A stretch of DNA of 63,996 nt, filler included, from Porpidia crustulata (Eukaryota): the NCBI GenBank assembly GCA_964255105.1. It is 6 parts of 6 records of this genome, joined end to end, with 100 filler letters (N's around TTAATTAATTAA, not from the genome) between each part and the next. Parts side by side here need not be neighbours in the genome. Positions count along the whole stretch, not along the records: positions 10,753 to 21,390 come from CAXUWE010000746.1; positions 21,491 to 32,126 come from CAXUWE010000747.1; 4 more parts are not named here. One strand, given 5' to 3'. The notes below the pieces were generated by a model. It was not told the DNA's origin. It worked only from the letters and a program-made list of their open reading frames with translations, and searched no databases. The position numbers and the translations under genes are program-made. Positions 13,629 through 26,695 of the stretch are shown in pieces (position 1 is the stretch's first letter; every line of letters begins with the position of its first letter).

Positions 13629-15908
13629 TCATTGAGAAAAAACACTATCGTAACCCCTGGAATTTGCTTCAAGGCGGTCATTGACCGCTTGGTTTTGCTG
13701 CAAATACATCTCGTTCATGCGATTAACCGATAGAGGGTCGATGGGGCCAGGTTCGTCTGGAGACCTTGCCCCGGGTAAGCCTGGGTTCATTCCTTGTCCG
13801 GGGCCTGGAGGTGGATGCGTGTGTGCAGCGTTGGGACTACATAAAGATAGTCCATCATTAGCGGCTCAACACAAACGTACGATGGACCTCTCGCCTTGGG
13901 AAAGAACAATTAAGGAAGACTTGGTAAATCGTGAGGTATACGGTATTGGAGTGAAAATTGAAAGATACGAGAACGCCAGGAAGTCGCTGAGAAAGCTAAT
14001 GACAGCGCGAACTTGACAAGAAATCTAGACGAATACTATCACAGTGACGCCGGTGCTCGAACATTCCCGGCACCATTGGAAGTTCAAGCAAGATGGAAAT
14101 GCTGTACCACGCAATGACTTTTGAGGTAGCTAAATTGATTCCGGACACTTCGTGGCAATCATGACGTCGTCTCGAAAGACATATTGCTGTACAGTCATCG
14201 TAGAATTTGCAAAGACCTCATAAAACCAGCTTTTACAGAGTTCCTCCATGTGTTCTCTAAATGCATAACGCTAACTGGAGAATGAGTCTTGAGCAAGACT
14301 TGGTGTAGAAGTGAAGAGCCACTTTGAAATAATACCATTACTGTCCGTCTGGGTGACAGGACTGCTTTCAAGCGTAGAGAACAAGAGGGGGGGATGTCTT
14401 ACTGCGATCATATCAGCAAAGGTGCTGTTAGCAACGCTCGGGCAGATTGTAGACGAACCTTCATTGGGGCGAAATTCCCGTACGGGTGCGAAGGTGGCAT
14501 TCCCATGGATGGGTACACGGGCGGAGGAGGAGCCGGGCGGTAAGGAGTTCCTGCTGGCCCCGAATTATTTTGGCTACGACCCCAGCTCAATCGAACACGG
14601 GAATTCCCGATAGGGTAGCCCTGCATCTGGTTGATGGCCATCTCTGCTGCATGACGTTGAACAAATTGGACGAACCCACAGCCCTTTCCGGGTGGAATCT
14701 TGACATAGGTAATCTCGCCGAATCCTTGGAAGAAGGAACGTAGCTCGTCTTCGGTAACATAGCCAGAAAGCCCACCAACGAAGACAGTGGTGTTGTTCGG
14801 GTCTGTGAACTGATTCATGGGCTGCTGTTGGCCATAGTAACCGACTGGGGGATTTCCCATCGAGTACATTCCTACTGGCGCTTGAGGGCCTTGGCCAGGC
14901 ATTCCCATAGCGCCTGGGCCGGCCCCACCGGCTTTGTTCTTCGGAGTGGCGGTCGAGATTCGCATAGGCCGGTTGCCGCAATAGACACCCTGCATCTCAG
15001 ACAAGGCACGCTGCTGGTCGCCCTCGTCGGAGAAGCGCACGAAACCGTACCCGCGTGACATCCCGCTGATAGGGTCGGTCATGATCTTGGCGGATTTACA
15101 CGACGGGAATCTATTTTGGAAAAGAGAAACCAGAACATATTCGTTGACTTCTGGACCGAGATCGCCAACAAAGATTGAGTGCTCCGGGCCACGATCATCT
15201 CGGCTGTACGGATTAGCCAGGTAAGGTCACGTGTGCAACAGACATTACCTGCGGTCTGCCAGTCCACCACCAGAGGCCCAATTTAACTTGAAAGGGCGGT
15301 TGGAATTAGGGATAATGTTCCCGTTAAGCGCCAAAGCCTTTGCGGCTGCTGCAGGGCTGCTAAAGTCGATGAAGCAATAGCCAGCATTACTGCTGTAAAT
15401 CAGTACGTATTGGTAAAGGTCTATTTGAGGACTGATAGACAGCTTACCCGGAGAACTTGTCCCGAATCATTTTCACATTGACTTGTTCACCCATGTTGTA
15501 CCACACGCTGCGAACAAAATTCTCGTCGATCCATGGCTCAAGCTCGCCCATCCTAGCTGAGGCATTAGCACGTGTATAATACTTGGGAGCCCGCTTAATC
15601 CAAGAGAACTATCCCAGATAATTCTCTCAATATGAAAATTCCGAGTGACTGAGAGTTACAGCGATGCTTCTTGTTAAGATCAAATAATGGGCTGGATCGT
15701 ACCATAAAGTAGTCTTGGCATCACCTCCTGGCTGTTGCCCACCGGCAGATCCGGGGTCCCCACCGTTTCCACCTTGAAATTGGACAGTATTATCCTGCAT
15801 TTGAGCAGACATGGCATTGTCTGGTTGCGGTGGGGCACCACCAGCAGCCCCACTCACATCTTGCGGGCCTGGCTGACCCTGGAACCCCTCGTAGTTCTGG
15901 AAACTCAT
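13629..15908 (-). CDS. NAM8: NAM8/NGR1-like triple-RRM mRNA-binding protein (long isoform ends 13629; short isoform stop at 14399-14401)
   Basis: KTTLW/MGELEPWIDENF, NAGYCFIDF, FKLNWASGGG, SIFVGDLGPEV, SRGYGFVRF, DPNNTTVFVGGL, GKGCGFVQFVQRHAAEMAINQMQGYPIGNSRVRLSWGRS; NAM8 versus NGR1 naming is ambiguous. Confidence 0.9.
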
Positions 15909-17210
15909 GATGTTGATGATTACCGAGGAGATGAATTGAAGGTAAGTTTCGTCGCAAAAATGAGACCTGGACTATGATCACGATGGAATTAAATTTGCGT
16001 CAACTATGCGAACTGGAATTAGTCTTGCACATTTTTGGCAAAGCGCACATTGATTGATAGCCCCTAACTGAAATGGAGCTAGGACAGAGTGAATTGGCTT
16101 ACGATAATATTTTCAGTTGTCGGAGAGACCACAAGGCTCTCTGTGCTGGGTTCGAATAATTTTCAACGCTTAAACCCTGTAAGAATTCCCTTTGAACGTG
16201 ACTGCTGAGTACAAAAAGAAGATTCAAGGCTGTACGACCTCGGCCGTTGCCTAGCTCCGAAGCTTGATGCGTAGAGGACAAGAGATAGCAGAGTTGTGCC
16301 GGCAACGATATAAGGCGTGTGGACGAGGAAACGCTTGAAAACACTGGGACCGTTAAAGAATGTTGATGCTTTTGAAGACTATCGTTTTGATCGAAGGTAG
16401 TCCCAAAGGTAGAAGACTCGCTGACCTGATTCACGATCCGTTAACCTTCTGATTCACCACCAAATTCCTAACGATGCAGAGCAATAAAGGATATCTCCTC
16501 ATAACTGTGAATTCTAGCATGAGAACGCCGGTCGTGTGTTGTCGGAGGTAGAAAGCAGGATGTGGATTGGAGCGACAATTGCGCAACGCGAACGACGATA
16601 TGATTTGCTGGGGAGCAAGTCCTACTCGATAGCGTTTGACGATGCTTCAAGAGATCCCAGGCTTTGAGAGATTCCATTTGCGATATTCACATGCAGCGCG
16701 TGAGAGGTATGACGTGGATAAGGCGGGCGTTTTCAGATGGGGAAAAATATGTATCGAACTCACCAGGACCACAACGCTGACTGCAATGTAGACGAATCCA
16801 ATGCTGCAAGGCGATAGCTGCAAATCAAGAACACCCGCGACACAAAAGGGACCCGAAGAGGACAGGACAACTCGCGGGAAGATACTCTGGAGCGTGGTTG
16901 CTGCGCAAGTGTTGGGTGAAAGGAAAGGAAATACTTTTCCAGAGTGGGAAGTTGAGTCGGAGCGGGAGGTCTAACCGCTAAGCAGTTAGACCAGGAATCT
17001 ATTACGAAAAAATTTGGTCGAGAACTAAGAGTCTCAAAGAGGTCAGAGAGCACAGGCTACGACGAAGCGGCAGATTTCGAGGGGACTTTTAATGAGCTAG
17101 GCCTTTCTTACGTCTTCATGTTATTATCATTATTATATATATATTATGTACACCCCAAACTTAGGATTAATCGATGTCGATTTCGATTGGAAAAGAGAGC
17201 AGGGCCGCTT

Positions 17211-17320
17211 TAGAGGGAGCACTGAGGGAGTAAGGGGAGCACAGTAGGAAGGGAGTAGAGGGAGCACTGAGGGAGTAAGGGGAGCACAGTAGGAAGGGAG
17301 TAGAGAGAGCAGAGGGAGTA
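17211..17320. repeat. 45-bp purine-rich tandem repeat, two perfect copies plus a partial one
   Basis: tagagggagcactgagggagtaaggggagcacagtaggaagggag at 17211-17255 and 17256-17300. Confidence 0.9.
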
Positions 17321-17659
17321 CGAATGCAAGAGCGCTTGGTTTTCATAACCGAGCTAAGCTCCGGTGGGGAGTGCGGGGGCACAATAAAGTCTAGCAATAG
17401 TAAAGATATATGTTCAAAAAAGACTCAGATGTCAAGGTTTGAAGTGCAACCGTAATTCAGGTGAACGTTGAATGATATAAAAAGTACATGATTTATGCAA
17501 CAGCTCAATAGTGTTTTCCGCCTTACGATGATTTTATTTACTTCATGCTTTTGCACATGAGAATTTTTTTCTCTTATCTTGAAGACGATTATAGTAATAA
17601 GTGGATTTAATATTTGATTGTTACGAAAAGAATCATGAAGCAAAAAAGACCCTCAGGCA

Positions 17660-20242
17660 CTAAACGTGGGAGAAGCCCTCCTCGGAGTCTTGAAAATCGT
17701 CTAGACTGGCCAGCGAGCTTTGCATCGTCTCGGGTGGACTATACCACTTCTCTTTAGTCCCCGGCTGGGAGCCTTGCAAACCTCCCTCCAACAGACTATT
17801 CTGAAGATCGCCCACCGTGTCTGGTGTCTGTGGGTAGAGCTGGAAGCCCTTCAAAGCTGCAAATTTCCTGCGCATTCCATTCCCTTTGAATATATTCAAC
17901 AGGTCTTCGAATATCATCAGCAAGTTCTCATCCGCATCCGACCGCTGTCGTAAGGTCTCAAGCTCAAGTCCACCAAACGCTATGGCTTTATCCGGATGAA
18001 GCATTATATGTTCTGTGGAGGCAATTATGCTGATCGTCTTCGCGGTAGCGTACTTGGCGACATGATGTAACAGGCCTGGACCATGTAATCGTGGACATGA
18101 TGTGTAGCTGAACCAGAAATTGAGGAGTCGCTGAAGGACGGAATGGTTGTTGTGTGTTATCGCCATTATCAACGGCGTTTTGCCATTGTGGTCACAAACA
18201 TCAGGCTCCGCCTAAAGCTCGAGGAGAACTATTGCATGCTTTGCCGAGGTGAATTGAGCAATTTTGTGGAGGGCCGTTTAACCTTCAGGGTTACGTGCGT
18301 TGACATCGGCGCCGAAATCGATGAGGGTCTTGAGGAGGAGAGGCTCATTTGCCGGATATTGCGCAGCACACTGCAGCGGGCTGCTTTTCCCTACTCCTGA
18401 AGGAAGAATGACTTTAGTGTGAGCGCCAGCTTCCAGAAGTATGCGCGCGCATTGGGTTCGGCCTGTAACACAGCAACACGAGGGAGCTGTTTCATGCTTC
18501 TTGTCAACAATGTTTGGATCTGCACCGTAGCTCAGAAGAGTCACCACTGAGCGGTCATCGCCCCGCATCGCAGCCCACGAGAGCGCCGTTCGACCCCCAA
18601 AATCAACTTCATGGACAGCTGCCTTGTCGCAGCGGAGTAAGTCGTCCAGGCTGCGGAAGGACATTCCCAACACAATCTTGTGTGCAGAAGGGAAATCCTG
18701 ATCGTCGACAAAGTCGCTTCGATCTAACAGACATCTCACAATATCTTCCTCCTGTTCATTTATGAGGCCTTGGAGTAATTTATCCCAGACTTTATTAGCA
18801 GCGCCACTATAATCAAATTAGCACCTCCCTAGTACCAGTATCGAAGTAAAGGCTGGGGTACTTTTGATCAGTGTCAGCTCCTGCATACACGAGAAATCTA
18901 GCCATCTCATACTGGTGATGGTAGATCGCCCACTATAAATTGCTTAGTAACGAGTTACTTGGACGTGAGGTGACTTATTATTGCGTACCCTTATTATAGA
19001 ATAACCGCGAGTAATACTAACGTCTTCGGGAGAAGCCAGTCCCTTGACAAAGAGAGCTCTCATACCATCTATGTTACCCGTCAAGGCGAAACGTATGCAT
19101 TCTGCCGAGTCTGGAACCCTCCGCAACGTCCTTAATTGTAACTGCAAGCCGGCAGTGGACTGAAATGCAATATTCAGTCTCACAACATGATGCAAAAACC
19201 GGGGCGGGAACCAGTATTCTATGCTCACAGACGCAGTCTCCCTGCGCCGACATGAGATGTAATTGCATGATTTACTGATCACTGGCAGACCTGTGTACCC
19301 CACAAACAATCGGCCCAAGATATTTTCACCAGTACCAGAGCTTGCCAGACTCCGTTCGGTATGACAGGTGCAACGGCACCACGCTTGGCAAGTCACACGA
19401 TCATAAGAAAGAGCACGAATTCTGACCCCACCAAATTGTACGCCAGACTTCAGAGGCCCTTCTCTACCGTCGCCCAGCATTTTTCGTGGCACTAGACTCA
19501 CATACTGTCGAGAAGCATCGTTCACGGATAGTCCACCAGTGTTTGCATTCTCACCTAGATGCAGGTACGACAATTGTTGCTGTAACCTGTACTCAACGTC
19601 TTGAAGACGCTGCTCCACGTGTTGATGGCTGTCCCGAACCATGAAGGCTATCTGCTGATGACGGTCATGGGAGTCTTCCATTGCACTAATCTGATTCCTT
19701 AACATGGTTGAAGTGACTAAAGACACCTCCTGAAGTTTTAATTGAACTCGCAACATGTCACGCCTGTGCGAATCATAAGCAGTGTGTAAATCACAAAAAT
19801 CATAAAGATGCGGAGCGTACGAAGTAGACGCACCAAGTATCACGTTAAGACTCGCTTTGATAGTATGCAAATCTTCTTGCAGCGCCTGGAGCCGTGGTTT
19901 CTCCTTCCACCACGTTGCAGCGCGTATGATGAACATCTTCCCTTGAACACAATGCTTACTCACTCGACCAATGCTACCCATAATGCCTACTAACACAATT
20001 TCTGCACGCTCGAGCGTCCCCGAGAGTTTTGCAAGTCCATCGTCCAGCAAATGCTTACGCTCTGCTAGCACTTCCGAAATGTAGCGTAGTACTACCTGGA
20101 AGTCGGTGACTGCATTGTTCAAGGCATAAAGGCTTCCTGGAAGCTCTTGCACAGCTCGGAACTTAGAAAAGGCAGAGCAGACATCGGCAGCAAGTGTTGC
20201 GAGAGTTATGACACTGGCTGCTATCCCTAGTGCTTCCGCCAT
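17660..20242 (-). pseudogene. HeLo-like N-terminal domain + CxCxCH linker + ankyrin-repeat protein with two in-frame stops
   Basis: N-terminus MAEALGIAASVITLATLA...LYALNNAVTDFQVVL typical of fungal HeLo-like domains; WCRCTCH, GRLFVGYTGLP, YWFP; ankyrins GRTALSWAAMRGD, GADVNARNPEG*TALH...LLEL*AEPDVCDHNGKTPLIMAI with TAA 18278-18280 and TAG 18212-18214 in frame. Confidence 0.75.
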
Positions 20243-21169
20243 AGGTCAACAGGTATAAAACAGTATCTTTGGATTCAAAGTAGATCCGAAATGAGACACC
20301 TTCATATGTCCAATGACAAGAAGAGGCTTTGTAGCGTTCGTCGGGCATCGATGAGATCGCTGAACCTATAGGTGAATCTTCGGCTCAGCGTATTCAGAAT
20401 AGGTTTGGTGCCACGCGTGCCTGCCGTAGGCAATGCGGGGACGCCGACAGATTTCTGCTCTGCATTTACTACCGCTGATGTGATTTTCGATGTGTTTCGA
20501 GATAGTGGTGATGAAACTTGAACATTGATTGTTGAATGTCATGAAATTCTTCTGACCACGTTCAGCCCCACCTAGACACAAGGCTGGCACATTGCCGCAA
20601 CGCCCTGCGTAAAAGTAGGTAGCTAACCTACTCAAACCAAAGGCCTGCGTTCAGGCCCGCCCTGTTACATATTAAATGTGTCAACAGAAAGATTGCGCCT
20701 CTAAAGGCTTTTGCTGACCTTCCGCACAACAAGTGTGAAGGGTTAGGACTTTCATTCTCTGGGAGAGGCCCGGACACTAAGTCTAGGGTAGCCCGGATTC
20801 GGCGCGGACACTTACAAAAATTTCATTAGACACTAGCTTCACTATTCTCGCCGAGGCGCGAGTATGTAGATGCAAGTAAGATTATTTATGCGAAGACGTC
20901 GAAGAAGTTGGGAGAAGCGGCGATGATTGCGAGCTTGGCGCCGAATGCAGAGATCGTATTGCAAAATGGACTTGATCCTGATTCTTGACCTTCTCATTTG
21001 TGATTCGGAGAGGAAGGCAGGCTGATTGAAGAATTTCAATCAAAAGGGAGCGAAGAGGTGAGAGTCAATACCCATTCCCTGATATTCCAGTGGCAGACTG
21101 TCGCCATCGGACCACACCAAGGACTGCAAAGAGTCGGTCGAGTTCGCTAGCCGAAACGGGTCAAGAATT

Positions 21170-21390
21170 TATCATAATAATTCAGGAGAGTTAAAAAAGT
21201 TATATTTTAAGAAAGAAAGTAAATAGAGGTAATTAGAGGTTTTACCACGTATAAAGAGTATGTTTTATAAGTTTACGTTATTATTCTTGATTGTTGAACA
21301 GGCAGGGTGACTGTCGTAGTATTGCTACTGAATTACGTGACGGGGGAGTGGTGCAGTTGGTAGTGCATCATTCTGGAAGGCCTAGTTAAT
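21170..21390. repeat. AT-rich, TpA-enriched tract, probably a RIP-degraded repeat at the contig end
   Basis: Abrupt GC drop with many TA/TAG dinucleotides and no ORF. Confidence 0.35.
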
Positions 21391-21490
21391 NNNNNNNNNN
21401 NNNNNNNNNNNNNNNNNNNNNNNNNNNNNNNNNNTTAATTAATTAANNNNNNNNNNNNNNNNNNNNNNNNNNNNNNNNNNNNNNNNNNNN
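21391..21490. other. artificial contig-joining spacer
   Basis: 44N-TTAATTAATTAA-44N. Confidence 0.99.
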
Positions 21491-21568
21491 TTCCATCACT
21501 ACCTCACCGCCTCTCCCCGTCTCTATCTCTCCTCTCCCCGTCTCTGTCTCTCCGCCACCACGACCCAT

Positions 21569-21959
21569 CTATTGACACCAATCGCTGCGACCGTCGCCGC
21601 CGTCATGGCATCCCTTTTCACAGTACCTGGTGAACCCAATCCATCCATTGGACCCGCAGTGGAAAAAGGATTGAGAGACGTGCTCCGGGTCAACGCCCTG
21701 CCCGTTTTTCTGCAGCTCCGCCACGATTTCGCGGTAGTAATTTCCTGGCAGCGTTTGCGTTGCGTCAGCCTTGGCAGATGCTCGTTTCAGGAGGGGCGGG
21801 GCTCAAGAATTTGCAAAGATTCCCAGGAGGGGATTTTGGCTCACCTTTGTGGAGGAGGTTGTAGCCGCAGTACCCGAGGCCTTGCCTGCAGCTGTCGGCG
21901 GCGACGAGGCCGGTGAGAGTGGCGAGGCCAGCAGTGAAGATGAGGGCGAGCTTGACCAT
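21569..21959 (-). CDS. small secreted cysteine-rich protein (96 aa, 6 Cys), effector-like
   Basis: Exons 21959-21845 and 21744-21569, intron GTGAGC..GCTGAC..CAG: MVKLALIFTAGLATLTGLVAADSCRQGLGYCGYNLLHKGNYYREIVAELQKNGQGVDPEHVSQSFFHCGSNGWIGFTRYCEKGCHDGGDGRSDWCQ*. Confidence 0.85.
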
Positions 21960-24273
21960 TTTCGTCGGTGGGTTTGCGTTTGTGTTGGTTTTAAAGGGGG
22001 TATGGATCTTGAGTGAGTAGATTATATGGCTTGGATAGAGTGCTTGTTGTTGAAAGTGCATTCTAGAGGTCCTCAGGACACCTCTTTATACTTGAGATCC
22101 CATATCTGAGCTGCTTTGCTGCCACTGCCAGACCAAATCTGCCAGTGTTGGTATGAACGATTATTCAGAGTGGCAGAGATGAGCCCGTATTCAAAGTAGC
22201 GGTAGTAGTTGCTATTCCTCATCATACATTGATGAATATGGATGCGTTAGATGCAATTCGGCTTGCAAGAGAGCCAGCCCTCACTGCTCGTTATGACCTG
22301 TACAGAGAGGTTCCGAAGCCGCTCCTTTCGGTGAGGAACTGCGCACACCGACAATATGCTTCATTTAACCTTCTCCCCAGTACGGCTAATGTGCAGAGCA
22401 GTGATATATTCGGAATTGTGTTAGGTATGTATGGCTATGAGTAGCTGTACTACGCGATCTGACTGTGCGCATGTAACGTTAGGTTCCAATTCTCAACTCT
22501 ATTACACTTGGCATAGACTTGGCGTCGGCGTTATCGTATGTAGGGATCTATGCTCACCTCCATTTTATGAGATAACCTACACTATTTGCAACCTCATCAT
22601 CTCAGTAATGTAGTGTACATTCGATAGCTGCGGCTTCGTTTCGTGCTTATCTGCTAAGAGAATCCGCGGATGCCTTTCGTGAGGTGGCATCTCACTGCCT
22701 ACACGGGTCCATGAACCTCCACAACTTATCCTTTCCACACGATTTACACCAGACTGTATCGCAGATTCCAATTGAATGCGCGCCTAGAATCAAATACGCC
22801 ACCAAGAAACGTCGTCGGTCAAGAATGAGAGCAAGAACTGTTCTTGAATATCGCCATTTGGCCAGAACGGCGGTGGCTTGAACAGCCAGTCCCTGTCTCT
22901 TGGCAAATGTCTGTTTCTGCCGACGCCAAATCCATATCAATCACTTACCTGGGAAGAGGAACTGCCTATGTTGCTTTACCTATACCAGCGAAATAGATTC
23001 AGTATTGCAAACCTTGCCACTTCGCTTTACTGCTCTTCAACATCTGATGAAATGTTTTATCCCAGATTTGCCTTAATCTACCGTGCCGTTGCCAAGAGAC
23101 ATTGCGGGAGTCAAGAAAAGCCAAAGCGTCGTAAGAAGTTGAGGTTATCCAGAACTTTCCACAGAATGATATCCCTTCGCAACCCTTAGACACGCGGTAG
23201 TGAAGCAGAATCACCTTAATATGCTGCTGCAAACACATAATGGTCGGGATCAGTGTAGATTCTCGCTCATAGAACCACATTGTGTCATCTCTCATGGGTA
23301 CGAGAATCGTGCTTTCATCCACCGCTCAACGCTGAGGATGAGACACCGTAGTAGAGCATGTCCATATTCATGTGCTGCTGTTGTGTGTGCAGAGATTTTG
23401 GAAGCGACGATTAAGCCCAGCTCTTGGCTCGCAGATGCACGTCGTATCGCAATAAATACACATTTTTTCCTCACCGCTTAGATCTTAGCGAATCTTACAG
23501 GCAGCGTTATCTACTACTCTGTTCGCCGAATCAAATTTAAATTGATTTCCAAGGCAGCCATAGAGTAGCCTTGCAGGCCCTGAAAATGCATTGACTCGCT
23601 CTCATGTCGAGAGCGACGGAACAGATTCTATCTATCTGATTAGCGAGTACTCAGGCGTGTCAGGCGTCAGGCTAGGTTTTGATCTTCATTCTTGCTTCTG
23701 TGTCCGAAGATCTAAAACTAGCCTGAGTAGGGCTGTTCATTTTTGAGCTGTACACGACTTAGGCTCTAGTTCTAAATGTACCTACCTAATCTTGTTCACT
23801 GATTCATTTCCGCTGCCACACAATCATCGAGCCATAAGAAGTAAATACAGAATCACTTGCGCGCTGAGAAATAATCGGAGGGTAGGACTGTATCGGGAGG
23901 GTTAGGGCTCGGCCGCTAGTTCTAAATCAGTTCTGACTAGCGGATTACAGGATGAACGTATAAAATATCTGCACCAAGTTCGAGGCAAATTTGCGACTTT
24001 CCCTCGCCGAATTCGCCAAATCCTGAAACCGGGATTGGAATTCTGAAGAGAACAATACGCCCGACTAAAGCTCTTGGCAAAGTCTATCTTTTGAAATTTC
24101 AGTGAGGAACGTAGCACGCATCGCTTTTTCTGAACCGTACGAACATTGATATTCTTAATTTTGACTCTGTTCATTTTGCCATTCAGCTTAGCACGTTGCT
24201 ATTGAAACAACAAGCAAGAGCTATTCGGGAATTTCTCAAGGTTTTTTCAAAAGAGATTATTACGAGCAGAGCA

Positions 24274-25908
<1,635 letters not shown>

Positions 25909-26695
25909 TGTCTGTGGCGGGGAAATTGAGAGATAACATGAGGATGGATTAGACGTGTTCACATCACGGAAACTTTACGCATGAGTAAGGGCTGATTAAT
26001 CCTGGCACTTTGACGACGATGGAAAAGTGCAGTGGGGCATAGCTAGAGATGTCAACTACTATCAAATTCGCACCTGACCTTTGAGCCGCAGAATGTTTTC
26101 CGAGGCAATACTCAATAGCTATCTAGGAGTGTGCTAGAGGAGCTCACCATGACAAGGGTGAAATGGTAGGTATTGACGATTTCTAGGTAGGTTGAAGTAA
26201 AACTTGCTAAGAGTTTGGAATAAGGAATATTTAGGGAGAGAGGAGAAGAGAAATGGTCCGTTGAGAAATTTCTAGCCCTAAGCTTGCAAAATTTTGCATA
26301 ATTGATTTCAATCGGAAGAACTGAAAGGCTCATGGCGAGAGCTCAACAGGGCTGCCATTACTCTAGCGTGTCGAGCGCGTTTAACAACCCACGTTGTTAG
26401 GCTGGAGTCAAGTCACGTGATAGTAGGTTTTTGGGTGAACGCAGAAATTACTTGTCACGAATTTCCAAGTTCACATCTCTGGGCAATTAGTATCTGGAAA
26501 CTACCACTCAGTTACCGTTAAATCGCGATTGCGTTTTAAGCCTTCAGAATATACTGTCATGCGTGGAAAGTCGTTGCGAAGCGGCGTCAACACAATCACG
26601 AACCGGACGCGATTTCACCTGCGTACTCAATAACCGTGTTTACTCTGACGGAAGGGAACAACCAATATCAGTAGCACGACTAATTGGAAGAACAC

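Noticed and set aside
20735..20815. TG...CA-bounded stretch resembling a solo LTR
   Set aside because: Too short, with no second copy or convincing target-site duplication in the window
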